Source of the DNA: a virus
Taxonomy: Duplodnaviria > Heunggongvirae > Uroviricota > Caudoviricetes
IMG/VR virus record: IMGVR_UViG_2909262264_000002
Span: 1 to 41,038 of that record
Length of the DNA: 41,038 nucleotides
Direction: 5' to 3' (one strand)
The notes under the pieces are model-generated. The model was not told the DNA's origin, did not search any database, and saw only the letters and a program-made list of their open reading frames with translations. Each line of letters opens with the position of its first letter. Position 1 is the stretch's first letter. A program made the position numbers and the translations under genes. Below are positions 28,752-38,022 of the stretch, one piece after another.

Positions 28752-29204
28752 ATGGAATTCGAAATTAAAGGCGTGAAATATCGCGTGGCAAAACTCAGCG
28801 TTTTTGACCAGCTGAAAGTGACCCGCAAACTTCTGCCGGTACTGGCGGGAATGATGTCAGATTTCGGGAGCATTCGCTCCCGTTTGCCTGCTGACGGCAA
28901 AATCGAAACCGTGAAATTCGAGCAGTTAAAACCGGTGTTTGAAACCATGCTCCCGCGTATCGCTGAGGAACTGTCTTCCCTGACCGAAGATGACACCGAA
29001 GCGATTATTCATCCCTGTCTTGCGGTGGTGTCGCGGCGTCATATGGACGGATGGGTGCCGGTATTTACCAAGGGCGAACTGATGTTTGATGATATTGACC
29101 TGCTGGTCATGCTGCAGCTGGTGGCGCGGGTGGTCGCCGATTCGCTGGGAAATTTTTTGCCTACACCCCTTACCAGCACGACGCAGAGCCTGCAACAGGG
29201 CTGA
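28752..29204 (+). CDS. Tail assembly chaperone (150 aa); -1 frameshift product would extend to about 29392
   Basis: Slippery heptamer T_TTT_TTG at about 29153..29159; the -1 frame stays open for about 80 further codons and ends inside the start of the tape-measure gene. Confidence 0.65.
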   Translation: MEFEIKGVKYRVAKLSVFDQLKVTRKLLPVLAGMMSDFGSIRSRLPADGKIETVKFEQLKPVFETMLPRIAEELSSLTEDDTEAIIHPCLAVVSRRHMDGWVPVFTKGELMFDDIDLLVMLQLVARVVADSLGNFLPTPLTSTTQSLQQG

Positions 29205-29381
29205 CGTTTAACAGCCTGCCGGACGGGCTGTCCTACCTTCTCAATCCGGTTGACGCCGGGTTAATTCCTTATACAGCACTTAAAGATGGCTCTGTCGATT
29301 TGTACGACATTGCTCTCTTGAATGACCATCTGGCGGTAAAAGCGGATAACCAGCGGCGCATTGAGAAATGGAGAGAGGATA

Positions 29382-31370
29382 ATGAACGCTGAAACTATTA
29401 AAGATTTCCTCGTCTCGCTTGGCTTCAGTGTGGATGATGCAGGAGCGAAAAAGTTCGGTTCTGTCCTCGCCGGTACAACTGCAAATGTCATCAAAATGGG
29501 GCTGGCCGTCGAAGGAACTGCACTGTCCGTGGTGGCCTTCACGGCTAAGATCGCCTCCGGTCTGGATAATCTTTACTGGGCGTCACAGCGCACCGGCGCG
29601 ACGGTCCATGGAATTCAGTCTATTGGCTATGCGGTTTCGCAGGTTGGCGGCAGTGCAGACGCTGCGCGCTCTTCTCTGGAAAGCCTCTCCCGGTTTATTC
29701 GTAACAATCCCGGTGCAGAGGGATTTCTGAATCGCCTGGGGGTACAGACACGGGATGCCAGCGGTAACATGCGTGACATGGCCTCTATTTTTACAGGTGT
29801 AGGCCAGAAGCTCAGCGGCATGCCGTATTACCGGGCTAACCAGTATGCGCAGATGCTGGGCATTGACGAAAATACCCTTATGGCGATGCGCCGGGGTGTG
29901 GGTGGCTTCTCCGGGCAGTACAGCGCAATGGCGAAAGCTATCGGCTTCAATGCTGACGAGGCGGCCAGAAGCTCCAACAAATTTATGACCTCCCTGCGCG
30001 AGTTCGGCGCGATGGCAGGCATGGCCCGTGACAAAATCGGCTCTAATCTTGCTGGTGGTCTGGCGGGTTCGCTGGACACACTGCGCCGCCACATCCTCGA
30101 TAACTTCCCGCGCATCGAGCAGACCCTGACGAAAGCCATAAAAGGCATTCTGGCGCTCGGAGACATCATCGGGCGGCTGTTCTTCAGGCTAATTGAGGGA
30201 ACATCCAGCCTTATCACCTGGTGGCAATCGCTGGATAAGCAAACGCGGGAGCTCATCTCGCTGTTTGGCGCGCTGACGATTGCGCTGCGCATTCTGAACA
30301 GTACGTTCTGGATGTCGCCGATTGGCCTCATTACCGCGCTGGCGGCGGGGATTGCCCTTCTGTGGGAGGACTATCAGACCTGGAAGGAAGGCGGCGACAG
30401 CCTGATTGACTGGGGCAAGTGGAAGCCGGAGGTCGATGCCGCGCTGAAGATGGTTCGTGACCTGAAAGGGTCTGTTAATGAACTGGTGAAAGCGCTGGCG
30501 AAACTGCTCAATATTGACCCCAAATCATGGTCCCTGAAGTGGGATTTCAGCAACTTCATCGACCAGATGGGCGAATTCAGCAAAATGCTGAACATGATCG
30601 CCGACCTGCTCAACGCTATCAAAGATGGCCGCTGGGCTGATGCCGTCATCATCGGCAAACAGATACTTAATCAGGGCAGCGAAAATCCGTCAGCGATGCC
30701 GATGGTTACAGACAGCGCTAACAGTACTGCCGACTGGATTAAAGAGCACTGGGGATTCGATCCCCGCAGTGTGGGCCGGACGGTACGCGGCTGGTTTGGT
30801 GATGATGAGCCGGAACAATATGCACAGGCTACGAAACGAGGAGAACGGAATAACAATCCGGGAAACCTTAATTTTGCTGGTCAGGCAGGGGCTTCTCTTG
30901 AACGCCCGGGCGGGCGATTTGCCAGATTTGAAACTGCTTTTGATGGATTACGGGCTCTTGCTCGTCAGTTAATGCTGTACGCCGGACGGGGAATAAACAG
31001 TGTGGAGAAAATTATCTCTACTTGGGCACCTGCGTCTGATAATAACAACACAACTGCGTATATCAGGGCTGTATCGCAACGACTGGGAGTGGATCCCCGG
31101 GCTGCCCTGAATATGAGCGATCCGCAAACCATGTCAGCATTGATGAGCAGCATTATCCAGCATGAGAATGGAAGAAATATCTATTCTCGAGAGCTGATTA
31201 ATAAGGCTGCCGTGGCGGGAATTAGTGGCAAAATGACAGAGGTTAACCAGCAAAATACTTACCACATTTACGGTGGCGGAGATCCGCACGCTGTCGGTAA
31301 TGAGGTTGCACGTCGGCAACAGTCTGCAAATGCTCAGGTCATGCGAAGTAATCAGGTGAGGGTGGGTTAG
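29382..31370 (+). CDS. Tail tape-measure protein (662 aa from ATG; ORF track starts at a TTG at 29361)
   Basis: Largest tail ORF, follows the chaperone/frameshift pair; GGAG 8 nt upstream of the ATG at 29382. Confidence 0.8.
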   Translation: MNAETIKDFLVSLGFSVDDAGAKKFGSVLAGTTANVIKMGLAVEGTALSVVAFTAKIASGLDNLYWASQRTGATVHGIQSIGYAVSQVGGSADAARSSLESLSRFIRNNPGAEGFLNRLGVQTRDASGNMRDMASIFTGVGQKLSGMPYYRANQYAQMLGIDENTLMAMRRGVGGFSGQYSAMAKAIGFNADEAARSSNKFMTSLREFGAMAGMARDKIGSNLAGGLAGSLDTLRRHILDNFPRIEQTLTKAIKGILALGDIIGRLFFRLIEGTSSLITWWQSLDKQTRELISLFGALTIALRILNSTFWMSPIGLITALAAGIALLWEDYQTWKEGGDSLIDWGKWKPEVDAALKMVRDLKGSVNELVKALAKLLNIDPKSWSLKWDFSNFIDQMGEFSKMLNMIADLLNAIKDGRWADAVIIGKQILNQGSENPSAMPMVTDSANSTADWIKEHWGFDPRSVGRTVRGWFGDDEPEQYAQATKRGERNNNPGNLNFAGQAGASLERPGGRFARFETAFDGLRALARQLMLYAGRGINSVEKIISTWAPASDNNNTTAYIRAVSQRLGVDPRAALNMSDPQTMSALMSSIIQHENGRNIYSRELINKAAVAGISGKMTEVNQQNTYHIYGGGDPHAVGNEVARRQQSANAQVMRSNQVRVG

Positions 31371-32035
31371 TGGATATTCTCTCTACACTTTTTCATCAGC
31401 AGAGCAGAAAAATAGGAATGATTGTTCCCAGTGTTGTTATTTCAGAGAAGCATACAGATATGCTTGAAATAACAGAGCATCCGGTAGAGGTCGGGGCCGC
31501 TGTCGCTGATCATGCCTATAAAAAACCGTCAGAAGTGGTGATGGAGGTTGGTTTCGCCGGTGGCGGCGCATTGCTGGATTTTGCCAGTAATCTGACGGCT
31601 ACCAGCCTGCTCGGCCTGAGTCCTCAGCAGACGTATCAGGAGCTACTGGATCTGCAGGAAAGCCGTATCCCCTTCGATGTGGTAACCGGTAAACGGCTGT
31701 ACAGCAACATGTTGATCCGGGCGCTGGAAGTGACGACGGACAAGACAACCGAAAACGTCCTGTCCGCCGTCCTCACCCTGAGGGAGGTCATTATCTCCCG
31801 GACACAGCAGATTACCGTCGCGGATAAAACCAACATGAAGGAAGGGGCCAGCACGTCGGCGGTACAGAACAGCGGCAACAAAACCACAAAACCTCCAGAT
31901 ACTTCACTGCTGAAAAGCATCACGGGTAACGTGGCGTCATTACTGGGGGCGGCTAATGACAATTCAGGAAATTCCGCTGACAGCGGACAACCAGCAGTTC
32001 AGCATCGTCCTGGGTGGTGTCACCTGGCGGATTAG
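31370..32035 (+). CDS. Tail protein (221 aa)
   Basis: Position after the tape measure (the Mu gp43 slot). Confidence 0.5.
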   Translation: MDILSTLFHQQSRKIGMIVPSVVISEKHTDMLEITEHPVEVGAAVADHAYKKPSEVVMEVGFAGGGALLDFASNLTATSLLGLSPQQTYQELLDLQESRIPFDVVTGKRLYSNMLIRALEVTTDKTTENVLSAVLTLREVIISRTQQITVADKTNMKEGASTSAVQNSGNKTTKPPDTSLLKSITGNVASLLGAANDNSGNSADSGQPAVQHRPGWCHLAD

Positions 32036-32258
32036 CATCATATGGCGCGATCTGTACTGGATTATGGACCTGCAGAACGACAGAGGGGAGCCGGTAATCT
32101 CCGGTATTCCTCTCGTCACTGGTGCTGACCTGCTGGCGCAGTACGCCTGTATGGGGCTTGGTTTTAAGCTGGTGGTGGTCTGTGATGACAACACACAGGA
32201 TTACCCCACAAAAACTGACCTGGGCGGTCGCAGCCATTTACTGGTATCAACGGAGTAA
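31956..32258 (+). CDS. Tail/baseplate small protein (100 aa)
   Basis: ORF track; overlaps the upstream gene by about 80 nt. Confidence 0.45.
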   Translation: MTIQEIPLTADNQQFSIVLGGVTWRISIIWRDLYWIMDLQNDRGEPVISGIPLVTGADLLAQYACMGLGFKLVVVCDDNTQDYPTKTDLGGRSHLLVSTE

Positions 32259-32260
32259 GC

Positions 32261-33322
32261 ATGTCACAGAACTGGATGAGACATTTCGAGCTGCAGCTTG
32301 TGGACGGGAACGGTCAGGGAATTGAGCTAAGTGATTTTAAAGTCACCTTTACGATCGACTGGTTCAACATCAGCAGCGCGTCCCGGGTAGGGACTATCAA
32401 AATTTATAACCTCTCGGCAGATACTGTGAACCGAATCACCGGGCAGGAGTTTTCGAAAGTGCGTCTGATTGCCGGTTACGACGGTATCGCGCCGGAGGTG
32501 TCGGCAAGCGACGTCGGGACCGTGCGGGAAGTTGACGCGGCGGACGTGGGTCAGAGTGATGGCCGCAACTACGGACTGATTTTCAGCGGTGAAATTCGCT
32601 ACTCGGTCACAGGAAAAGACAGTCCGGTTGATTCCTACGTCCTGATTCAGGCAGCAGATACTGATCTGGCTTTTGCCACCAGTATAACCTCACAGACGCT
32701 GGCTGCCGGTTACACGGTCGCTGATGTAAACCGTGCGCTGATGAAAGACTTCGAAGCCAAAGGCGCGACCGAAGGCCTGACGCCTGAAATGCCTGCTACT
32801 GTATTCCCCCGGGGGCGGGTACTCTTTGGCATGACGCGGCATCTAATGGATAACGTAGCCGGGCAATGTGGCGCAACATGGCAATTCGTGGACGGTCAGC
32901 GCCAGATGGTGGCGAATAACGAATATGTTCATGAAGCGATTGTGCTCAACAGCGCTACCGGGCTTATTGGCATGCCGCAGCAGACTATCGGTAACGGCGT
33001 AAACGTCCGCGCGCTTATTAATCCGAACATCCGGGTTAACGGACTTATTCAGCTGGATCAGGCTTCCGTGTATCGTACCGCCTTGTCGAACAACGATATT
33101 GCGATGGCTGGTGGTCAGATCACCGACCAGAACACGGATGGAAATATCACGCTAAGCGGCACCACATCGCAGCCTGCCAGCATCGCAACGGATGGCGTTT
33201 ATATTGTGCGCGGGATTATGTACACTGGCGACACAAGGGGCCAGGCGTGGTACATGGATATGATGTGCGAAGCGCGTGGCGCGGCGGATCTGTATACGCG
33301 ATCGGCTTTGCAAAGGGGATGA
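32261..33322 (+). CDS. Baseplate hub protein (353 aa)
   Basis: Size and position before the baseplate V/W/J genes. Confidence 0.6.
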   Translation: MSQNWMRHFELQLVDGNGQGIELSDFKVTFTIDWFNISSASRVGTIKIYNLSADTVNRITGQEFSKVRLIAGYDGIAPEVSASDVGTVREVDAADVGQSDGRNYGLIFSGEIRYSVTGKDSPVDSYVLIQAADTDLAFATSITSQTLAAGYTVADVNRALMKDFEAKGATEGLTPEMPATVFPRGRVLFGMTRHLMDNVAGQCGATWQFVDGQRQMVANNEYVHEAIVLNSATGLIGMPQQTIGNGVNVRALINPNIRVNGLIQLDQASVYRTALSNNDIAMAGGQITDQNTDGNITLSGTTSQPASIATDGVYIVRGIMYTGDTRGQAWYMDMMCEARGAADLYTRSALQRG

Positions 33323-33325
33323 GCA

Positions 33326-33667
33326 ATGAGGGGTATTATTTTTCTGTTAGCTGTCTTTTCTGCGTGCAGCGCGTGGGCGGATGGCTTCACGGTTAAATGC
33401 GGTGGCTACACTATGGTTGCAAACCAGGGCGAGTTATCGACTATCAACGGTGAAAGAGTTACCTCTCAAAAAATCACCGAACTGGGTACCAATGGTTTGA
33501 AAGTAGACATGGGGCTTATGCCTGCCAAAGACGGTAACAACTACGGCTTTGAATACATTCGTCGCCCTGGTACCGAAACGCGATTCCTGAATGTCCAGCT
33601 TCTGCAGAACAGCATGGATGCGCCGAAAATCATCGGATCTTTCCCTTGTAAAAAAGTGGCTGGGTGA
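33326..33667 (+). CDS. Small secreted protein of unknown function (113 aa)
   Basis: N-terminus MRGIIFLLAVFSACSAWA-DG: signal peptide with an AxA cleavage site (or lipobox-like FSAC); inserted between baseplate genes. Confidence 0.55.
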   Translation: MRGIIFLLAVFSACSAWADGFTVKCGGYTMVANQGELSTINGERVTSQKITELGTNGLKVDMGLMPAKDGNNYGFEYIRRPGTETRFLNVQLLQNSMDAPKIIGSFPCKKVAG

Positions 33668-33685
33668 AGGTAACCTGAAATTCGT

Positions 33686-33725
33686 AACGCCTGAAAAACA
33701 ACAAAATGTGCTCTAAAAACTGTTG
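33686..33725. terminator. Palindromic hairpin AAAAACAACA...TGTTGTTTTTT (possible bidirectional terminator)
   Basis: Perfect inverted repeat with A-run and T-run flanks, between 33667 and the cassette. Confidence 0.45.
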
Positions 33726-33816
33726 TTTTTTGAGACGAGCGATTACACTGCACTGACTTTTTGATGGTGGATTGCCATCGATATGCTACTTCATTAAAGC
33801 CAGGAATAACTAAAAC

Positions 33817-34548
33817 ATGAGTTTAGCGCAGCCAAAATCAGGAGAACTGTTAGATCTTCTGACTCCTTCATTAACTAAGGGTGAAAACCTTCTGAGTGAG
33901 TTTGAAATCCATCGAATCATTCGTGAAGCGAAGAAACTACCTGAACGTTATCAGGGGCTATCAATTGAAGGCTTAGCTAAGCTTGTTCTTGGTGAAATAG
34001 ATGAAGGATGTTCACTCTGTGAGCGGGGGTTGAGAATAGCGCCTAACGATCCAGTTTCTTTTTGTAACTATACGATTGCGCTGCGTAACTTAGGTTTGCA
34101 TGCTCGCCAGTATGTGATGATTCAGAAAGCATCTGATTCACTTAATCCAACGATATTGGCTGAGGTTGCTACAATTTCTGCATACTGGGTTGATATCGAT
34201 TTGCTTGAAAAGGTGATGCCGATGCTAACTGCAATGGAAGTACCGCGCCCTGAAGATATGGGCAAATGGTATGACACGCTCAATTATCTGCATACCCAAA
34301 AAGATCATGCTCAGGAGCTAAAAACTATTGGGCGGCTCATGATGAACGTTGCAGAAAAGTACCGCGCTCGTCTTGCTGGCGCTCATGCTTTTTATGTAAT
34401 GTCAGAACTTGATACGCTGTTCGTTGAAGTCAAAACAGACGATCCAGTGCTTCTTTCGCAGATGAATAATGCCTTGGCTGATGAGATTATTATTGCGGGG
34501 CTTGCGGATTCAGAATGCGTCGGATGCTTTGAAGCCGGGGAACTCTAA
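33817..34548 (+). CDS. Unknown protein A of the two-gene cassette (243 aa)
   Basis: Two CxxC motifs (CSLC near residue 65, CVGC near residue 232); SD-like AGGAATAA upstream; no homolog recognised. Confidence 0.6.
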   Translation: MSLAQPKSGELLDLLTPSLTKGENLLSEFEIHRIIREAKKLPERYQGLSIEGLAKLVLGEIDEGCSLCERGLRIAPNDPVSFCNYTIALRNLGLHARQYVMIQKASDSLNPTILAEVATISAYWVDIDLLEKVMPMLTAMEVPRPEDMGKWYDTLNYLHTQKDHAQELKTIGRLMMNVAEKYRARLAGAHAFYVMSELDTLFVEVKTDDPVLLSQMNNALADEIIIAGLADSECVGCFEAGEL

Positions 34549-34976
34549 TGTCGGTTGAGCATACCTGTTTTCTTGAATTGGCTAAGCATTCCCTGGCTCT
34601 AAACGGTGAGATGTGGACGAGAAATGCTATTAGCCGAGCATACTATGGTATGTACCATTCCGCCTTACGGATCACCAACAATCTGGTACCGACCGCTACA
34701 CAAGATGGTGAAAAACTAAAAGGTGGAGTTCACATGCGAGTCTATACGGCCTTTTGTAGTGGTGAGGCAGCTGCACTTAACGATGTTGATGTTAACGCAG
34801 TAAAGAAAATCGGCGTTAAACTGAAAATGACGCATGCCCAACGTGTTAATTCTGATTACAAGCTTGAGCGGAAAATCAACCGGATTACCGCGAGAAGTGT
34901 AATTCTGGATGCGGAAGAGGTCGATGCAATCGTTAATCAATTACTGAAGATTGGTGATGACTCGTTAACTGCATAA
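34548..34976 (+). CDS. Unknown protein B of the two-gene cassette (142 aa), possible HEPN-like R-x6-H motif
   Basis: Start ATG overlaps the stop of protein A (TAATG); N-terminal RAYYGMYH fits the R-x(4-6)-H pattern of HEPN-type nucleases (weak, motif-level only). Confidence 0.6.
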   Translation: MSVEHTCFLELAKHSLALNGEMWTRNAISRAYYGMYHSALRITNNLVPTATQDGEKLKGGVHMRVYTAFCSGEAAALNDVDVNAVKKIGVKLKMTHAQRVNSDYKLERKINRITARSVILDAEEVDAIVNQLLKIGDDSLTA

Positions 34977-34993
34977 GCTGAAATTTCTCAAAA

Positions 34994-35024
34994 TTCAAAC
35001 CCGCCACTTGGCGGGTTTTTTGCT
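34994..35024 (+). terminator. Strong intrinsic terminator after the cassette
   Basis: AACCCGCC-ACTT-GGCGGGTT hairpin followed by TTTTTGCTTT. Confidence 0.7.
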
Positions 35025-35040
35025 TTCTGGAGCCTACTAA

Positions 35041-35793
35041 ATGGCAGTATCTGACCAGACCCGCAGCGGCGACCTTGCCGAAACATTTAAATCTGAACGG
35101 GAAACAACAAAGAACCAGATCCGTGTCGCCTTGCCTGGCATTGTTCAGTCATTCGCTCCTGATGCGGTGACGGCGGTTGTACAGCCTGCTATCCGTTACG
35201 TTGAAATTGATAACGACGGCAACCGCATTACCAAAAATTACCCATTGCTGGTGGATGTGCCAGTGGTATTCCCGCGTGGCGGAGGCTGTACGCTAACGTT
35301 TCCAGTTAAAGCCGGTGATGAATGTTTGGTGATTTTTGCCGATCGTTGTATTGATTTCTGGTGGCAGAGTGGCGGGATACAGGAGCCGGTCGATGACAGA
35401 ATGCATGATTTATCGGATGCGTTTTGTATTGTCGGTCCCCAGTCGCAGGCAAGGAAGATTAGCGGTATTAATACCAGTGCCACACAGTTGCGTAGTGATG
35501 ACGGCAGCACCTATTTTGAGCTTAATCCTGATACCAGGAAAATTAAAATTGTCGCTCCGGGGGGCCTTGATGTGGTTGCCCCTCTGGCTGATTTTTCTGA
35601 GAAAGTAACCATTCATGGCCTGTTAACCTGGATGGGAGGCATGGTGGGGTCTGTTGTTTCTGGTGTGGCTTCAAAAATCACTGGTGCTGTTGAGTTTTTG
35701 GGTAGCGTGAAGGCTAACGGCAAGCCAATCGATGATACGCACACTCATGGTGGTGTTCAGCGCGGTGGAAGCAATACCGACGGAGTAAACTGA
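35041..35793 (+). CDS. Baseplate spike / assembly protein V (250 aa)
   Basis: Position and size; Gly-rich C-terminus. Confidence 0.65.
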   Translation: MAVSDQTRSGDLAETFKSERETTKNQIRVALPGIVQSFAPDAVTAVVQPAIRYVEIDNDGNRITKNYPLLVDVPVVFPRGGGCTLTFPVKAGDECLVIFADRCIDFWWQSGGIQEPVDDRMHDLSDAFCIVGPQSQARKISGINTSATQLRSDDGSTYFELNPDTRKIKIVAPGGLDVVAPLADFSEKVTIHGLLTWMGGMVGSVVSGVASKITGAVEFLGSVKANGKPIDDTHTHGGVQRGGSNTDGVN

Positions 35794-36146
35794 TGCGATA
35801 CAGACGTGAAGACGCCGATGGCGATTACACCTTTGGCAGCGGTGATGACACCTGGCTGATTAACTCGCCTGAGGCCGTAGCGCAGGCTGTGAAAACGCGA
35901 TTCGAATTGTGGTATGGGCAATGGTTTCTTGATACCACAGAGGGAACACCGTGGATCCAGTCCGTGCTGGGCAGGCAAAAACCAGAAACTTACAACCTGG
36001 CGATCCGTAAGCGCATCCTCGAAACGCAGGGCGTTAAATCAATCCTCTCTTTCAATACGACGGTGGATACCACGACCCGACGTGTCATGTTTTCCGCTGA
36101 AATCGACACTCTCTATGGAATAACGACTGTTACATCGGAGGCGTAA
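35793..36146 (+). CDS. Baseplate protein (gpW-like, 117 aa)
   Basis: Size and position between V and J. Confidence 0.6.
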   Translation: MRYRREDADGDYTFGSGDDTWLINSPEAVAQAVKTRFELWYGQWFLDTTEGTPWIQSVLGRQKPETYNLAIRKRILETQGVKSILSFNTTVDTTTRRVMFSAEIDTLYGITTVTSEA

Positions 36147-37345
36147 TGGCTCTGAACCTTGATTCTCTCGGTTTATCTGCAAAGGTAACCGCGGAGGGGA
36201 TCGGTGCGCCTGATTATCAGACGATACTCAGCACCCTGATTAGCTATTTTCAGCAGATTTATGGCAGTGATGCCTACCTCGAACCGGACAGCAAAGACGG
36301 CCAGATGGTGGCTCTGATGGCGCTGGCGATTCATGATGCCAATAATATGGCGATAACTGTCTACAACTGTTTTTCACCGGCAACCGGCTATGGGGTTGCA
36401 CTGACCAGTAACGTGAAAATAAATGGTATTTCACGTAAAGGCGCGACGAACTCTACGGTTGATTTGCTTCTTACAGGAACTGCCGGAACAACCATCATTA
36501 ATGGCAGTGTGAAAGACAGTAATAATGTGATATGGCGTTTGCCTGCTTCAGTGGTGGTCGGCGTGGATGGTACAGTGATGGTGACCGCAATATGTTCCGT
36601 CAGTGGTGCAGTGGCGGCGCTGGCTGGAACTATCACTGAAATTAATACACCAACCCGTGGCTGGGTTTCGGTAACCAATCCTGCTGCAGCCACTGTGGGC
36701 ACTCCGGCAGAAACTGATGCGGAGTTACGTATCCGTCAGTCGCAAAGTGTTGCGTTGCCATCAATAACCCCATTTGAAGCACTGGATGGTGCTGTTTCTA
36801 ATGTTGCCGGTGTAACCCGCCACAAACTCTATGAAAACGATACTGGTTCGGAGGACGGTAACGGGTTACCGCCACACTCTGTTGCTGTAATTGTGGATGG
36901 CGGTGATGTGACGGATATTGCTCAGGCTATCAGAGGGAATAAAGGCCAAGGGACATCCACTCACGGTACAACATCCGTTACGGTTCCGGATAAATACGGC
37001 AATCCCCATGTAATCAAATTCTCGCGCTCTAGTGATGTGCCTGTTTATGCCCGGATTAAATTAAAAGTTTTTACGGGTTATACCTCACAGATAGGGCAGC
37101 AGATCCAGCAGGCTATTTCCGACTATATCAATAGTCTGATGATTGGTGATTCGGTCCTTTTAAGTCGCATTTACTCACCGGCGAATCTTGGCGTGGTGAG
37201 TGGCGGGAATGCACGCTATTACGATATTCAGGAACTGACGATTGGGAAATCCCCGGGGGCTTTGTCGTCATCAAACATTGATATCAGATACAACGAATCT
37301 GCGTCCTGTACACCGGAAAATATCGTTATAACGGTGGAGTCATGA
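36146..37345 (+). CDS. Baseplate J-like protein (399 aa)
   Basis: Size and position. Confidence 0.7.
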   Translation: MALNLDSLGLSAKVTAEGIGAPDYQTILSTLISYFQQIYGSDAYLEPDSKDGQMVALMALAIHDANNMAITVYNCFSPATGYGVALTSNVKINGISRKGATNSTVDLLLTGTAGTTIINGSVKDSNNVIWRLPASVVVGVDGTVMVTAICSVSGAVAALAGTITEINTPTRGWVSVTNPAAATVGTPAETDAELRIRQSQSVALPSITPFEALDGAVSNVAGVTRHKLYENDTGSEDGNGLPPHSVAVIVDGGDVTDIAQAIRGNKGQGTSTHGTTSVTVPDKYGNPHVIKFSRSSDVPVYARIKLKVFTGYTSQIGQQIQQAISDYINSLMIGDSVLLSRIYSPANLGVVSGGNARYYDIQELTIGKSPGALSSSNIDIRYNESASCTPENIVITVES

Positions 37346-38022
37346 GCAAATATACCGAACTAATCACGAACTACCACGCCACCAAACCTAAATTTCTTGC
37401 ACATGTTGATCTGATGACCCGGCCGCTTATTGATGTTGCGGCGGCCACCAGAGGGCTGATTACTGCATTTGATATTGACTCTGCGGTTGGTGTGCAACTT
37501 GACATTCTGGGATTGTGGATCGGACGTAGCCGTGTTGTCAGCCAGCCTATCTCAGGTGTCTATTTCAGTTGGGATACCGACGGGCTTGGATATGATCAGG
37601 GTGTATGGCAGGGGCCATACGATCCTGATTCCGGATACATGTACCTCAGCGATGAAACTTATCGTGTCATCCTTAAAGCGAAGATTGCGATTAATAACTG
37701 GGACGGACGGAATGATTCGCTTCCAGCAATTCTTGACGCTGCAACAGCAGGATCCGGGCTGCGAATGCAGATAGTCGATAACCAGGACATGACGATATCG
37801 GTCTGGGTCTTTCCTGATACTGATATTTCAGATGTATCGCGTGAGTTAATTGCGGCAATTAAACAGGGGTATCTAACAGTAAAAGCCGCCGGGGTATGGG
37901 CGGGGGGCATTGAAACACCTTCGGTGGAAACTCCATCGGAAGGCTCTAAATTTTTTGGTTTTGATATGGATAACGAATTCATCAGTGGTTTTGATGTAGG
38001 GGCATGGGGAGTATTACTCTGA
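37342..38022 (+). CDS. Baseplate/tail protein I-like (226 aa)
   Basis: Position between J and the tail fibre. Confidence 0.6.
   Translation: MSKYTELITNYHATKPKFLAHVDLMTRPLIDVAAATRGLITAFDIDSAVGVQLDILGLWIGRSRVVSQPISGVYFSWDTDGLGYDQGVWQGPYDPDSGYMYLSDETYRVILKAKIAINNWDGRNDSLPAILDAATAGSGLRMQIVDNQDMTISVWVFPDTDISDVSRELIAAIKQGYLTVKAAGVWAGGIETPSVETPSEGSKFFGFDMDNEFISGFDVGAWGVLL

Noticed and set aside
29583-31319. Minus-strand ORFs antisense to the tape-measure gene
   Set aside because: Antisense shadows inside a long plus-strand gene.
33761-33800. Promoter for the unknown cassette
   Set aside because: A TTGATG -35-like hexamer is present but I could not find a convincing -10 at 16-18 bp; left uncalled.
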